Assembly (NCBI RefSeq): GCF_037042905.1
Contig: NC_087251.1
Span: 47,680,001 to 47,744,000, forward strand
DNA from: Lytechinus pictus
Taxonomy: Eukaryota
Length of the DNA: 64,000 nucleotides
Direction: 5' to 3'
Shown here: positions 50,901 to 63,671 of the stretch, in pieces
How positions within the stretch are numbered: position 1 is the first letter of the stretch
Layout of the letters: every line of letters begins with the position of its first letter
Program-made: the position numbers and the translations under genes
The notes under the pieces: generated by a model
The model's input: the letters and a program-made list of their open reading frames with translations, nothing else
Database searches by the model: none
What the model was told of the DNA's origin: nothing

Positions 50901-52615
50901 AGAATCAGTAGTAAATTCACAATTAGTTTCAAGACTTGATTGATTTAGGAACAGAAAATCGACTTGCAATTGATTGCAAGTTTCTTGCAATGCCCCACCT
51001 GTCTGTTATTCAATATTCTAATGTCCAGATGCTCTCATTTCCACTTCATCTACTGACTACATAATATCTTGCATTTTGTCAAGTGACAATTTGGTTCTGA
51101 AAAAGTTCATTTAATCATCTAGACTAAGAAATTAGAATTAACAGAATGGCGAAAGGAGAGAATTTCATACCAGAAACATATCTTAATGTTACTGAATTTT
51201 GAAAATTTTGGTGGAAACTGCCCCTCCCCCCCATTTCCAATAGCATCAGAGGGCTATTGACAAATGCATGTTATCTTTCTACATTCAGATGATGCATATT
51301 GAGAAGAACCTTGAGATCGTCTCCCTGGTTGGAACGCTGTCTGGAGGACATGGGCACCTACATATGAGCTTATCAGATGAACTTGGCAATGTAAGTTTAG
51401 GGCCCTGTCTTACGAAGAGTTGTGATTGATCCGATCAATCGCAGCTATGGAAAGCCAGCAACGTCAACATCTATGATTCATGTTTGTTCAAAATATTTTC
51501 TAGCTATGATGTATATTCATGCATTCATTGTTTTCTTGAGAATTCCCTGTGCATCTCTTTGTTTACAAAGGACATTGGGCAAAATTCCTGTAGAAAATAT
51601 TATGACACTGATGGATTTCCATAATTATGATTGATTGGATCATTGTAACTCTTTGCAAGACGGGGCCCTGGGGCCATTTCTATAACTTGTTGGAATAAAA
51701 AAATTCAAATATAAGTTAAATGCTATTGAAATCTTTCTATCCGATTGGGCGATTTTGAATTTGTTATAACAATTGCGCATTTACAAGTCTTGTGAAACAG
51801 AACCAAGAGGACCGTTTCAAATGAATTCGAATTCAATTTGGTTTTATTCAACAATACTCATCAAGCAAGCATTTAGTGCTTTATATGATATAGTTGTTAT
51901 AAGCTGCTGAAAATCTTTTCATGTGATTGGCTCACAGCTTATACTGGACACACAGCCTTGTGGGTTGAATTAATTGAAGATTCATGGTATGAATAATAAA
52001 TATCAGTAACTATTCATTTCATGAACATGAAATGCTCCCCAGAGCTTGGGTTGGAAGTGCAAATATTTGTCAAAATTTTACAACTTAAATTCTAAAGTTG
52101 ACTAGACTTATGTTCTCTGATTTATCCTACAAGATTTGTATGTGTGGGGGGGGGGGGGGGATTCCTGAATATTTAAATGGATTGGCTCAGTAATATGTGG
52201 GAGGTCTTGATTGAAAGTGTTTGTAATTGTAATTTCCTTGGAACATGGGAGTGTAGGATGTTGCCTTCTTGAGGATGGTGAGATATTGATATCATGAACA
52301 AATGAAAGCAAGGACAACTTACTATTTTAATTACAGTCTTGAGAAAGAAGGTTTGGAGGAAGTCTTGATGACATCACCTCACAATGTTTTGCTAGAATTC
52401 TATGAAATAGTTGCGTTAAAATGTCAAGCGTTAAAGCAAGTATATAATTCTGTAATTTTCTTGTCTTTGAAAAGGTTGTTGGCGGTCATCTTCTCGGCGA
52501 CGCTGTGGTGTTCTCAACGGCAGAAGTGGTGATTGGAGAGATCCCTCACCTGTCGTTTTCCAGAGAGCCAGATCCAGAAACTGGTTACGATGAGCTTGTT
52601 ATAGAAAAGAGATAG
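40162..52615 (+). CDS. Predicted CaRF/ALS2CR8-like DNA-binding domain fused to PPC (DUF296) domain, 376 aa, 8 coding exons
   Basis: Exons 40162-40369, 41407-41573, 42796-42909, 44815-44961, 48976-49031, 50100-50295, 51289-51390, 52475-52615. All introns are GT-AG with matching phases (1,0,0,0,2,0,0); 1131 nt open frame ending in TAG at 52613-52615. Confidence 0.7.
42966..43420. mobile_element. Two adjacent short Harbinger-type MITEs; the second has another copy near 51400-51668
   Basis: GGGGCCGTTTCATAAAGCTGTTCGTAA...TTACGAACAGCTTTATGAAAC palindrome, followed by GGCCTGTGTTACAAAGAGTT...AACTCTTTGTAAGACGGG. Confidence 0.65.
44998..45929 (+). mobile_element. Helentron-associated (HINE/DINE/pearl-like) element with internal ~155-bp tandem repeats
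   Basis: T-run start, subterminal inverted repeat GTCTCACC...GGTGAGAC, 5' inverted copy GTGAGAC and end CTTGTT; core repeats TTCATGAAACTTGG...GGTCACATGACCAAGGTCAAAGGTCA. Confidence 0.7.
45945..47429. mobile_element. hAT-type non-autonomous element, 8-bp TSD
   Basis: AAGATTAA|CAGTGGCGTAGCTA...TAGCTACGCCACTG|AAGATTAA. Confidence 0.88.
47565..48667 (+). mobile_element. Second Helentron-associated repeat-array element
   Basis: Same termini and core monomer as 44998-45929, with about 6 monomers. Confidence 0.7.
50100..52615 (+). CDS. C-terminal part: PPC/DUF296 domain (animal homologues are often auto-annotated 'GlmU-like'), exons 6-8
   Basis: HALRLRPGEEL...AAFILTCVGSL...LRMAD / LEIVSLVGTLSGGHGHLHMSLSDELGN / VVGGHLLG...VFSTAEVVIGE...FSREPDPETGYDEL: all the hallmark PPC/DUF296 motifs, spread over three phase-0-joined exons. 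Confidence 0.92.
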
Positions 52616-55600
52616 TATTTGTACATCCTGCCATCTTGATCTACCATTGAAGGTTTACTCTATACATGTAGACTGATTAAATGATATGGGTCCAACAAAG
52701 TTATTTTTGCTTGTGCTTATGATACCAAGTTATGAAAAGTTAAAAGAGAAATGCCAGTTGTGGGAACGATCTCAAAATGAGTTCGAGAAGAATCTAATAA
52801 AATGATCACTCCATGTTTGTATGTGTAAATATAATTTGTATGTGCCAAATGGCTCTGAAAAAAATGTATAATTGCTGGGAAATGAGCAAATATCCTGGAA
52901 TTCAATAAAATGTCTGGTAATTTTCTAAGCAATATTAGTAGACTGTCCCACATATGCTTTTCTGTGTTAGTGATCATAAATGTAGGTTTTCAGCTAGGAT
53001 TTCATTTAAAAAAGGTTAGTTTATGTTTTATGAGTTTATGATTGTAAAGGCTTTCTCATGAAATAATTGTTGGCGGCAACTACATTCCTTTTCTCTGAGA
53101 TATGATTATCTTGTCAAGAAAAGTACAAGAATATCTGTTTTTCAGATTTATATTTTCCAAAGGGAAATTTGAAAGATATGTAGTTTTTCAGCATATAATT
53201 GCTTTCCTGTGAATGCATGGTTCTCAAAAGTTGAAGTATGTCACATGACATATTATAGAACACCTATGATATCAGAAAGAGGTATTAAAAATGGAAAGTA
53301 GATAATATTTCCGTTATATTGATAAGAAATTCAATTAATTTTTTTTATAGCATTTGTGTATTTTATTTGCTGACTAAAGTCTAGTCAAAATTTGAATGAA
53401 GAGGCTAAATAATGTCCAAGTCCTACTTTATTATGTTGATATTTTTTACGATTTCCCACGATAATGAGTGAATGATAGAATAACAGCCATTGATATTGCA
53501 TATTTTTGAGATTATGTACTGTATGATTAAAATGGAATACCCACATCACCCCCAAAATTAAATGCTTCAGGTTCTATGGCCCATTTTTTGCATGCTTGGT
53601 TATCATATTTATCTTCATAACACCATTAAGGATCAATGGTACCGGTACTCTGTGATCTTGGTATCTGCATAAACCTAATACAACGTGGGCAATATTGTTG
53701 TCACAATCGCAACTCCATAACCTACATATTTATCACTTAATTGCACATTCTTGTGCAATTATTGTTTACCATGACCGTCATACTCTCAAAATATGTACAA
53801 ATATGGTTTGATGTACTTTTTTTTCAGGATCATGTAGCATGGTCTCAAATATTTGCTGTTAATTTGTTTATATTTCACCCAAATCAATTAGGACATTAGA
53901 CACATAAAACAAGGATTCTCAATAAGTGATGAGTATGTAATTTGTAGCACATCAGGCCCTTTTTAATGGCCTATGTAAGCAGCTATTGAAATTGAAAATG
54001 TATTTAGATAATTATCATAACTGTTTAAAATATTGTATATTGTTTACAATAACAAAAGCAATTTTGGCAAAATTAAATGGCCTCTTATTTTAAAGCATCC
54101 AGTGGGGGGAGATCAGCTTCTGGATTCCCAACCTATGAACCCCCCCTCCCCCATGCCGAGATGTTTCCCTTGCTCTTCTATCTCTGTATATGTTGGATGC
54201 AGAACAGATATTGAATAATTGAGGACCCCTGGTTTTAAGTGACCTCTCTCCTGAATGTCAACATATTGACTTGGAGTTCACTAAGAATGTGATATTTTAA
54301 AAAGATGCTGCTTTCAGTGTTTGGGTTCTTTGATAATTGAACAAAGTCTTGTTTTAAATCATCTACATATTCGTTGCAAATTCATGTATTATTGTTTGTA
54401 TATATTTTTCTTATTTTATTGTTTTTCTTTATTCACAATAACTGGATCTGTTAGAGGTCAAGTCCATCACAGAAAAATGTTTATTTGAATAAATTGAGAA
54501 AAATCAAACTAGCATAATGCTGATATTTTCATCAAAATCGGATGTAAAATAAGAAAGTTATGGCATTGTTAAGTTTTGCTTATTTTTCACAAAACAGTGA
54601 TATGCATAACTCAGTGACATGCAAATGAGTCAGTTTATGATGTCCCTCACTATTTTGTTTGTAATTTATTTGAATATTATATTTTTTTACAGATTTGGCA
54701 ATAAGGACCAACTGGACTGAACCATATATGGTATTAAAAAATGCTAATTCCACCTGTTCAGGGAGGAATTACTCGTTGTTTCAACTTGACAATGAGGGGA
54801 AAATGAGAATATTCCATATTTCATTAAAAAATACAAAAGAAATAGTGAGTGGATGATGTCATCAGTCTCCTCATTTGCATACCAACCGAGATGTGCCTTT
54901 AACTGTTTTGTGAAATGAAGCGAAACTTTAAAATGTCATAACTTTCTTATTTTACATCCGATTTTGATGAAATTTTCAGTGTTATGCTTGTTGAATTTTT
55001 CTCTTTTTATTCAAATCAAGTTTTTGTTGGGGTGGACTTGTCCTTTAAAGACACCTTATTATTGGGCCATATAAGACTTGTCAGGTACCTTCAGTTTTTA
55101 AATGATACCAAAGCAAAACTTTATTTTATATCCGATTTTGATGAAATTTCAGTGGTATGCTTGTTCAATGTTTCTCTTTTTATTCAAATTAACATTTCTG
55201 TTGGGGTGGACTTGTCTAACTTTTCTTGTAAATAATATCTTGTAATTTTATCGTTTTTGTTTTATGATTCAATAAAAACGCATGTATATTTAAAAAAAAT
55301 AATTTTCAGTGTTTACTTGTTTGATTAAAGTTATTACACACCATAGAAAAAATATCATGGAACCTAAATTTAATGATGTAAATAAACAATACATATCATT
55401 TTTTATTTACAAATAGGTCTTTCCTTGATTACAATAGAAATAAAAGCAAATCAAAGATTGATTTTAGAACCAGTAAACAAGGCATAAGGGAAATGAAGAC
55501 CAATGTGACAGTTCTTCTATCAGCAATATTTGAAAATTTATACTTAAATCATCAATATTTTTCAGAAAATAAGGTGTTACATATTCTGCCTTTTCTTTCA

Positions 55601-56648
55601 CTTAACAATGGACATTTTATTCCAAGCCAGATGATTTCATTTCCTTAATCATTACTGGTATATGTAAACATTAATATTTAGCCGCACTTACAAAGAATTG
55701 TAGAAATGCAAAATATCTATACGATAAGTGTAAGGTTATCAATGCAAGTGAGAATGAAAAAAGATATCGTCTAGGGAAAGAATAGGGGAAAAGGAAAATT
55801 AATGTAAAATAAATAAATCACCTATCATCTTTTGGGAGTTCATCTACAGGCTGTCAACCAGGGGAGCGTTTCATGAAAGGACTTGTCGGACATTTTATCC
55901 GACAAGTCCCAGTTTATCCGACAGTTACCATAGGAACAGTGCCTCTCAGCCAATCAAAATCATGGAAAGATGTCAGATCTGACAACTTGTCGGATGAAAA
56001 TATTGATGAAATGCTCCCCAGAGTCAATACCCTGGGGTTCACTTTTCCAAAATATCCTGGGATAATCAGGTAAAAACTATCACGAATGATGTGTTTGAAA
56101 TCTGAAACAGTAAAGATTCAACTTGACAGTGCATTCAGTTGACAACTGTTTGGGAATGATGAAGAATATAGTTTTCATTATCATGAAAGCTTGGAAAAGA
56201 ACACAATAAATATTAGAAACATACAACTGAAATACTTTTTTGAAATAATATTCTTCGCTTCCCATATGATAAGAACAGAATTAGACCGCAGTCTAAGTTA
56301 TAGCGGTCTTCAGAATAAGGGCCTCTGACATCAGTGATCCAATTTTAATCTTGACAGGATGCACTCAAGTTGTCCTTGGAATATAATTCATGATCAGTGA
56401 AGCAGAGGCAGTGGATGCTAGTATAGTATACCTCACACAAGGTCAACACAGGTCGATTGTCCATTGGTAATATGCAGAGCAGATCTTCAAAATGTCACCA
56501 TTGTCGGCTTTCATGGATTGAGAGTCAGTTGAGATCGCTGAGTATGGAATAAAAAGCTAATCACCATACAGGTCTATTGTCCAATGGTGATAGACATAGC
56601 TTGAGCTTTGTTCATGTCTTGAATAAAAGACTAATCACCATTCGCTGA

Positions 56649-59600
56649 TCATACACGAGGAGCACCGAAAGCATCTGGCATTCTCTCGATTGTATATCTA
56701 GGAAAGAAAAATACAAAAACAAAATGCAGATGGAGTCACAGAAAATATTCACCCAACTTACATGTATGTTGTGGCCTGGAGGGGAAGGGTTTATATGTAC
56801 ACATGCACGTAAGTCATAAACATATCACTTGCGCAAGTGAACATCCTTGAATATGTGTTGTAATGTTGAATTTTTATGTTGTTAATAAGTGACATTTCCA
56901 TCTCGGAAATGTTCCAGCAAAAATATTTTGTATAAGCTAAAACATCTGCTTAAGGTAAACACAAAAATCCATCATTTTTTTCTGCACTAACAGCAAAGAA
57001 AAAAAATCTGTCATTTTTTCTGCATTATCAGCATTATACTATGCTTTGTTTTCCTTTGGTTTTCTATAAAAGAAAACAAACACCACGAAACAAGATCACA
57101 CTGGTTATATATCATAACTGACTTAAACTATTTAATATTGTTTTGAAGCTGTAACAGTGATGAAATATTGGCGATTGAGGAAAGAAAGATATGTTCTCAC
57201 CTATGCTGAGATAGATACATGATGGGCACTCCTGGAATCTTCCTTATTCTCCTCTTCAAATCTCGGTCACAAGTAGCCACGATATAACATTTATGCTATA
57301 TAAAGATAAATAAAAAAAAAATGGTTTTTAAAAACAAAATTTAAATACTATGTTGACTCCAACACCAAGTTAATTTTAATAAAAAGAAAAAATAAAACCA
57401 TGATAGTCGGTCGGTATGCAAATGAGGGAACTGATGACATCACTCACTCATTATTTCTTTTGTATTTTATTGCATGAAATATTTTTATTTTCTCGTCATT
57501 GTCATGTGAAATGAAGTTTTATTCCTGCCTGAACACGTGGAATTCCAATATTTTAACATTTTGTGCTTCAGGCAAGGAGGTCCTAATCATCAAATTCGTA
57601 AAAATTGAAATATTGTATAATTCAAACGATAAAAAACAAAAGAAATAGTGAGTGAGTGACATCATCGACTCTCTCATTTGGATGTAACTGGCTCGTTCAT
57701 ATAACTATTTTGTTAAAAATAAGCGAAACTTTGAAATATCATAACTTTCTTATTTTACATCCGATTTTGATGAAATTTTCAGCATTGTGCTTGTCTGATT
57801 TTTCTCTATTGATTCAAATCAACATTTTTCTGAGGTGGACTTGACCTTTAATAATATCTACAGTCACTATTTTCTTTTTCCTTTCATTATTTGAAGTTTC
57901 AAATATTTCCATTTAAATTGCTCTGAATTCAGCCACCATGAAAATATTTCATTCATCATTTTTGTAACTTATCCCGATTCTTTTAATGGAGATAGTACGC
58001 AGTAGACATATTTTCTGTTCATTTCATACACACTAGAATGAAAGGATGGCACCTTGTGTTAATTTAAATGTGTATAAATCAAAGCTATTGATTTCAGATA
58101 TCAGTGAACACAAAACAAAAACTGGGGGCATTTCATGAAACTATTTATGAATGACTTTACTCATGACTGGTGACCCTTTCTTGTGCTAAATGATAGATCC
58201 ATATGTAACTGAAGCAGCACCTAAGAACATGTTCCAGTCATTTGTAGATTCATGTGTTACTTTACGGACAGCTTTATGAAATACCACCCCAGGCAAAAAA
58301 TAAAAAATATCTGTTTAAACACCTACTGCTTAAGTATGCATGCAACATTGTAGTGGATTTTCCAGGGATTTTTTTTTTTTCAATTTTCCTATGCTCTTTT
58401 CATCAATTTGGGGGCAAAATGGGCCCAAGCTCCCTTGTATCTTCTCACCACCCTGGTGAGAAATGGGCAGAACTATAGTTTGTCATGTAATTTACTTTTA
58501 ACCAATAACAGGGGTGTGAGTGATCACAAATAAAAAGATCTGAAAAAAGCTGAAGAGTGTTGAAAAGGTCTGAAATAGAAAGAGCTCCCATACTTTTTGT
58601 ACAGAGGAAAGCCAAAAATAAGCTGAAATTAAGCTGAAAATCAAAACAAAAAAATCTGAAATCAGATAAAAATCTGAACTCTCAAACCCCTGCGATCATA
58701 AGACAGCAGGATTTTTTCGACAAAACATATTTGGCAACATTCAAGCGAACAACAACCAACCTGTGTAACTCTTTGCACAATACAGTCATCAGCATACGTC
58801 CCAGTGTGCATGCATGGGAGCCGTTCTATCCTTGGATCTCTAACTGTTCTTAGAGCTACATTATACTTCTTCCCAAGCTTTTCAATCTCGGCCATCACGC
58901 AGTCTGTAATGCATGGTATGCCTGGAGAAAGTGAAAGAAACAAATAATGAAAATAATTAAACCCAGATTTTTAGGATTTCTTGCAACATCTATGGCTAAA
59001 ATATAATATTAATTCCTTCAAAAAATAAAAATGTTTGTGAGCCAAGATGGGGATGCTATAAAGCCAGGGTAATGTTAGCCCTTGTACACTCTGCAAAGAA
59101 AAGTGCAAATTAATGATTAATAACATAAGGTTTACCGTTCACCATGTCTTATGTTCTCTGTACCACCATGCAACAGTGAAAAAAAAGTGAGGGCTAAGGG
59201 CAATTAGTCCCTGAAACATTTGAAATAGCCACCATAAATGAAAAGACCCACAGTCAAAACAATATTTCTGCCAATAAATCATAGTGCATTAAAATATCTG
59301 AACACAATAGATGGACTTCTAAGCAGCCCTCGAGAGAAGAATTTTAATTTTCATACTGCCATGCAAACCTTTAAAGTTTATTATTATCAATATTATAAAT
59401 ACCAAATCATTGTTGAGAAGTATCGATTATCTTCAATTTTTTAATGGTTATATAAGCAGCAATTTGGGTAAAAATTGTCTATATGCAGCATTTTGGGTAA
59501 AAATTGTCTATATGAGTTACAACACACTGAACTCAAGCATGTTTAATACATGATTGAACTTATATAGCACTTAATACATGATGTTTCTAAGCACCTCTGA

Positions 59601-62600
59601 ATGTTCTAGACTGAATTATCTATTTCTCTATTAGAGCAAAACAGTAAAATATGTGAGTTAAATAATCACTGTATACTTCGCTAGAAAACATGGCTGAAAG
59701 CAGCAGCAAAAAAAAGTACAACTAAAGAATTGCATTCCTACTGGCATCCGAATGAATGCAATATATTTCTTTTTAAAGAGCAACAATCATAATAATTAAA
59801 TTATGTCATGGCGTAAATGTTCTCTCATGTATGAACACCTAATATCAAACAACAACAAAAACAGCACTTACATTTAGCATATAGACAATCCATCATGCCT
59901 TGCACAAGGTCTATCTTATTCTTGATAGAGAAGTTGACAAAGTTGGTATCAACGATGACGTAATAAGGAGGACCGAGTTGTGTGTTGTACTTGAAGAACA
60001 ATGCAGAGGAATATTGAGGAACCTCTCTTATTTTCACTTGATGTGCCTTTTCCTTCTCCACCTTCCATTTAGGTTTTTCCTTCTTCTCTCTGTCCTTTTC
60101 TTTTCTGTGACAAAATTGTACAACCATAAACAAATATTGTGACAAATATACATGTACTTTGCACAGTATGAAATTACAATTATCTAATGAGAAAAAATAA
60201 TTCCTAGGACATTAAAAAAACTTAAAATTTGGGTTTCTTAATAATAAATTTGAGGATAAAGGACAAAGATCTAAAAAAATTTATGATAAATGATGGTGAT
60301 GCACAGCATTTGTATAGCGCCATGTATCTGTCAAAGACATTCAAAGGCGCTTTTTGGAGGAGCCAGCCAATTGTGGGTCGCCTACTTGTAGAAGGGCACG
60401 CACACAGAAATGTGACCCGCAGGTCTCTCCTCCCGATATAAATGATATAAACAAGCTTCTGAAGTTCTGGTAGTAAGTAAATAATTTACGTTTACCATAA
60501 TTTTTTCGATTCTATTTTTTTATGACATTAATATTCAACATGTGTACTACGGAAATAAACATGATTTTTATTTGATTCAATGATTGTATTTTTGGTTTGG
60601 TCCAATTATGCTTAAGTGTCCGATATTTGGGCACTTTAGTCTAGTCTTTCATAATATTGATGTCGTCGTCAATTTCCTAATTTTCTGGTGGAAAAATTCG
60701 GCTGGTGGCGGTGCGAAACTGCATTAGCGCCTAATCTTTAACTAGTTTTTGAGAGAAAAACAAATCATTTTGTAGTGTATGATGCCTAACTTACAACTAC
60801 AAGCCAGAGGCCAGGGGTGGTATTCTGAAAATTGTCTTAACTTTTCTTGTAACTCAGCAAGATAACAGCTCTTAAATCGGTATTCTGAAAATTGTCTGAT
60901 CTCTGTAAGGACATCCCCTATTTCATCTCTGACACGCCTAATATTTTATCGTCAACCAATCATTAAACTTTTTATATGTTTCGGTCAACCAATAGAAACG
61001 CCCCTTCTAAAAAATAATTAAGCGCATTGTTGACATGCGGCGTAGTTTCCTATGCGCCGACGCTTATGCTTGTACGCTACTGTGCTAGAACCTTGAAGAG
61101 TAATCCCTTTCAGCAGCTTCAAAGCTATCCCGGGATATTATACATGTGGCTTTTCTCAGAGTCATATTTTCTCTGAAAAAAATTCATCATCTTGAATGCC
61201 AATTTTCAATTGCTGAAAAGTCTACCAGTACCTCCAGTCCGTCGTTATAACGTCTCCTTTTGTAAAACATGATGTTCTTGCGAGATGCAACAAGAAATTA
61301 TTGTTGACCGAGAAATATCGCATTCAACATTCGCGACATTAAGTTACAATAAATAGCCCCCTACCATGCCTACATGTACCTCTTACTCGATCTACTCTTA
61401 GGCTCTTGTAACCCAGAGAGCTCCAGCCCGCGTAGCGGGCTGGAGCCCAGACGCTCAGTGTGCAAACGGGCATTCAGGTGAGAGTACCGTGAAGTTTGGT
61501 CAAAATAATTTTGATAATACATAATTAAAACAGAAATTAAGCACTTACCACGATTGTATGGATGATAGTCTAACGAGTGGCAGTTTCCTGACATCGAGGC
61601 ACAGACTGGAACCTCAAAAAACGATCAGTTCTGTCGCGGTGGCTCTCCTTCTTTCAAAATTCATAGCAAAATGGCCGTTCGAGAGGGTGTAGGGCGCATG
61701 CGCGAATTTGACAAAGTCTATATGCGCTAGTGCTATACTAGCCTCGGTCTCGATCGGCCATTTTGTGTTGAATTCTGAAAGAGGAGAGCTACCGCGACAG
61801 AACTGATCGTTTTTTGAGGTTCCAGTCTGTGCCTCGATGTCAGGAAACTGCCACTCGTTAGACTATCATCCATACAATCGTGGTAAGTGCTTAATTTCTG
61901 TTTTAATTATGTATTATCAAAATTATTTTGACCAAACTTCACGGTACTCTCACCTGAATGCCCGTTTGCACACTGAGCGTCTGGGCTCCAGCCCGCTACG
62001 CGGGCTGGAGCTCTCTGGGTTAAGGCTCTTGTAAATTTTCTTGTATTTTGCAAGTTAACAGAATGCAAACTTTGCAAAGATAAGAGAATTTGTAGAATAC
62101 CTTTTCTCTCCATATGTTATCTTGCGCCACAGAGATATATGTGCCGTTTACTTTACGCATCATGACATTATAACTCTTCCATCATATTCAATCATAAATA
62201 AATCATTGTCATTAATTTATTGTCATACGTGTTTAGTGAAAGTTTTACAATTACAACAAGAAAATTTACTAAAGATACAAGTTTTCGGAATACTATTTTA
62301 TTGTAACTCTAAATATACAAGAATATTTCTCTTAAGACAATTTTCAGAATACGGCCCCAAAATTGATATTGAAAATGTACTTATCAATGTTGCTTTCTAA
62401 CACATTTTTCAACAGGTGGGACTAGACAAAAACAGCCAACTTACATTCTTGAATCTCTGAGCGATATCATGCGTTTCATTGTAGCAAACTTCTTTGTTCT
62501 TTTATCCTTCCCCTGAAATATTAAAAAAAAAAAAAAATTGAAGAATGCGAATCAATAATTGAAGATTTTATCATAATTTAGTGACATATATATCTTCTTC

Positions 62601-62609
62601 ACTTACCAT
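56649..62609 (-). CDS. FCF1: rRNA-processing protein FCF1/UTP24 (PIN-domain endonuclease), 202 aa, 6 coding exons
   Basis: Exons (minus): 62609-62607 (ATG|gtaagt), 62512-62445 ([22 protein letters not shown]), 60104-59872 ([30 protein letters not shown]...CLYAK), 58921-58761 ([17 protein letters not shown]...[14 protein letters not shown]), 57295-57201 ([27 protein letters not shown]), 56697-56649 ([15 protein letters not shown]). 609 nt with consistent phases. Confidence 0.97.
60814..62358. mobile_element. Non-autonomous TIR element in FCF1 intron 2 carrying a nested foldback
   Basis: TIR GGGGTGGTATTCTGAAAATTGTCTTAA / TTAAGACAATTTTCAGAATACGGCCCC. Confidence 0.7.
61409..62022. mobile_element. 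Young palindromic element with ~230-bp near-perfect TIRs and perfect 9-bp TSD
   Basis: AGGCTCTTG|TAACCCAGAGAGCTCC...GGAGCTCTCTGGGTTA|AGGCTCTTG. The identical ORFs 61370(-) and 61837(+) simply reflect the two arms. Confidence 0.88.
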
Positions 62610-63402
62610 GCTGAGTTCGGACAGGTAGATACAGTTGCGCAATTTTAGCTCGCACGTAATCCGCGATCCGACCACCGATATAATCGTTGTATGGCGCACT
62701 GAACGCGTTACCCCGCACATAACATTTTACACGCTATGGTATCATTTCAAAACTGAAGGTTCCTGACAAGTCTTATATGGCCCAATAATACGGTGTCTTT
62801 AAATTCAAAGGAGACCCTTTTTTTTTTTCGAAAGAACTTGATTATTTGTGGGATGAACTCCTGAAGCATAAGCACTAGATTACCTCATATCAACATAATT
62901 AAGTTCCCAAATAGGAAAGATATGTTTTCCTTGTGTTTTTTTATAACTTATTGATACTCAAGAATGCAGTAATTAAGTGATTGCACTGGCGTACAGATAG
63001 GTTATTACGTTGCGTGGTTGTTGCCCATCCCTTCCCCTCCCCTAAAAAAAAGTAATGACCAACAAAAAAGGGGGAGAGATGAAAGTAAAAAATTGTAGAA
63101 TATGAAATTATTTTTCCGATATTTTGTTAAAATGTGTCCCAAAATGAGATTTTCATTTAAAAAAAGGTCAGATTTTGCCGCCCCCTTTTGCCCTCTAGTT
63201 TCAATTGCTCGCTTGTGGCTACAAGGAAAATTTCCTCTGAATCATGCCATGTTTTGCACTCTTCATTTTTATCTTTTAATCCCTACTTAGATCTACTTGA
63301 TTTATATATATCAAGTATCTGGTGGAAATGCACTGATTTTAAATGAGATCACCACTGTATTTCAGGTAAAAAAAAAAAAAAAAAAAAAGGAATGTTGAGC
63401 AT

Positions 63403-63671
63403 AATAATAATAGCTGGATTTATAAAGCGCTTTTTGTCAGAGGATACAAAGCGCTGCTATTATTACCCCGGCTTTAGCTCGAGCTACCATCACCGGCGCT
63501 CAGTGCATGCAAGGAATTACTCCTGCCGGGTACCCATTCACCTCACCTGGGTCGAGTGCAGCACAGTGTGGATAAATTTCTTGCTGAAGGAAAATACGCC
63601 ATGGCTACGATTCGAACACACGACTTTCTGTTTCAAAGGCGAGAGTCAGAACCACTAGACCACGACACACC
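63403..63671 (-). mobile_element. tRNA-derived SINE, same family as 21137-21402
   Basis: Minus-strand head GTGGTCTAGTGGTTCTGACTCTCG...GTTCGAATC, core CACTCGACCCAGGTGAGGTGAATGGGTACCCGG and (TTA)n tail. Confidence 0.8.

Noticed and set aside
50086..52615. PPC/DUF296 as bacterial contamination, recent horizontal transfer, or a true GlmU enzyme
   Set aside because: It has spliceosomal introns and host-like repeats between exons, and shows no nucleotidyltransferase or hexapeptide-repeat domain.
61370..62034. Two nearly identical ORFs ([12 protein letters not shown]...) on opposite strands as a duplicated gene
   Set aside because: They are the two arms of a palindromic transposon and resemble no recognisable protein.
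56698..62444. Intronic snoRNAs in FCF1, as often hosted by ribosome-biogenesis genes
   Set aside because: I saw no convincing C/D or H/ACA box arrangement on the sense strand; an Infernal/Rfam scan would be needed to exclude them.
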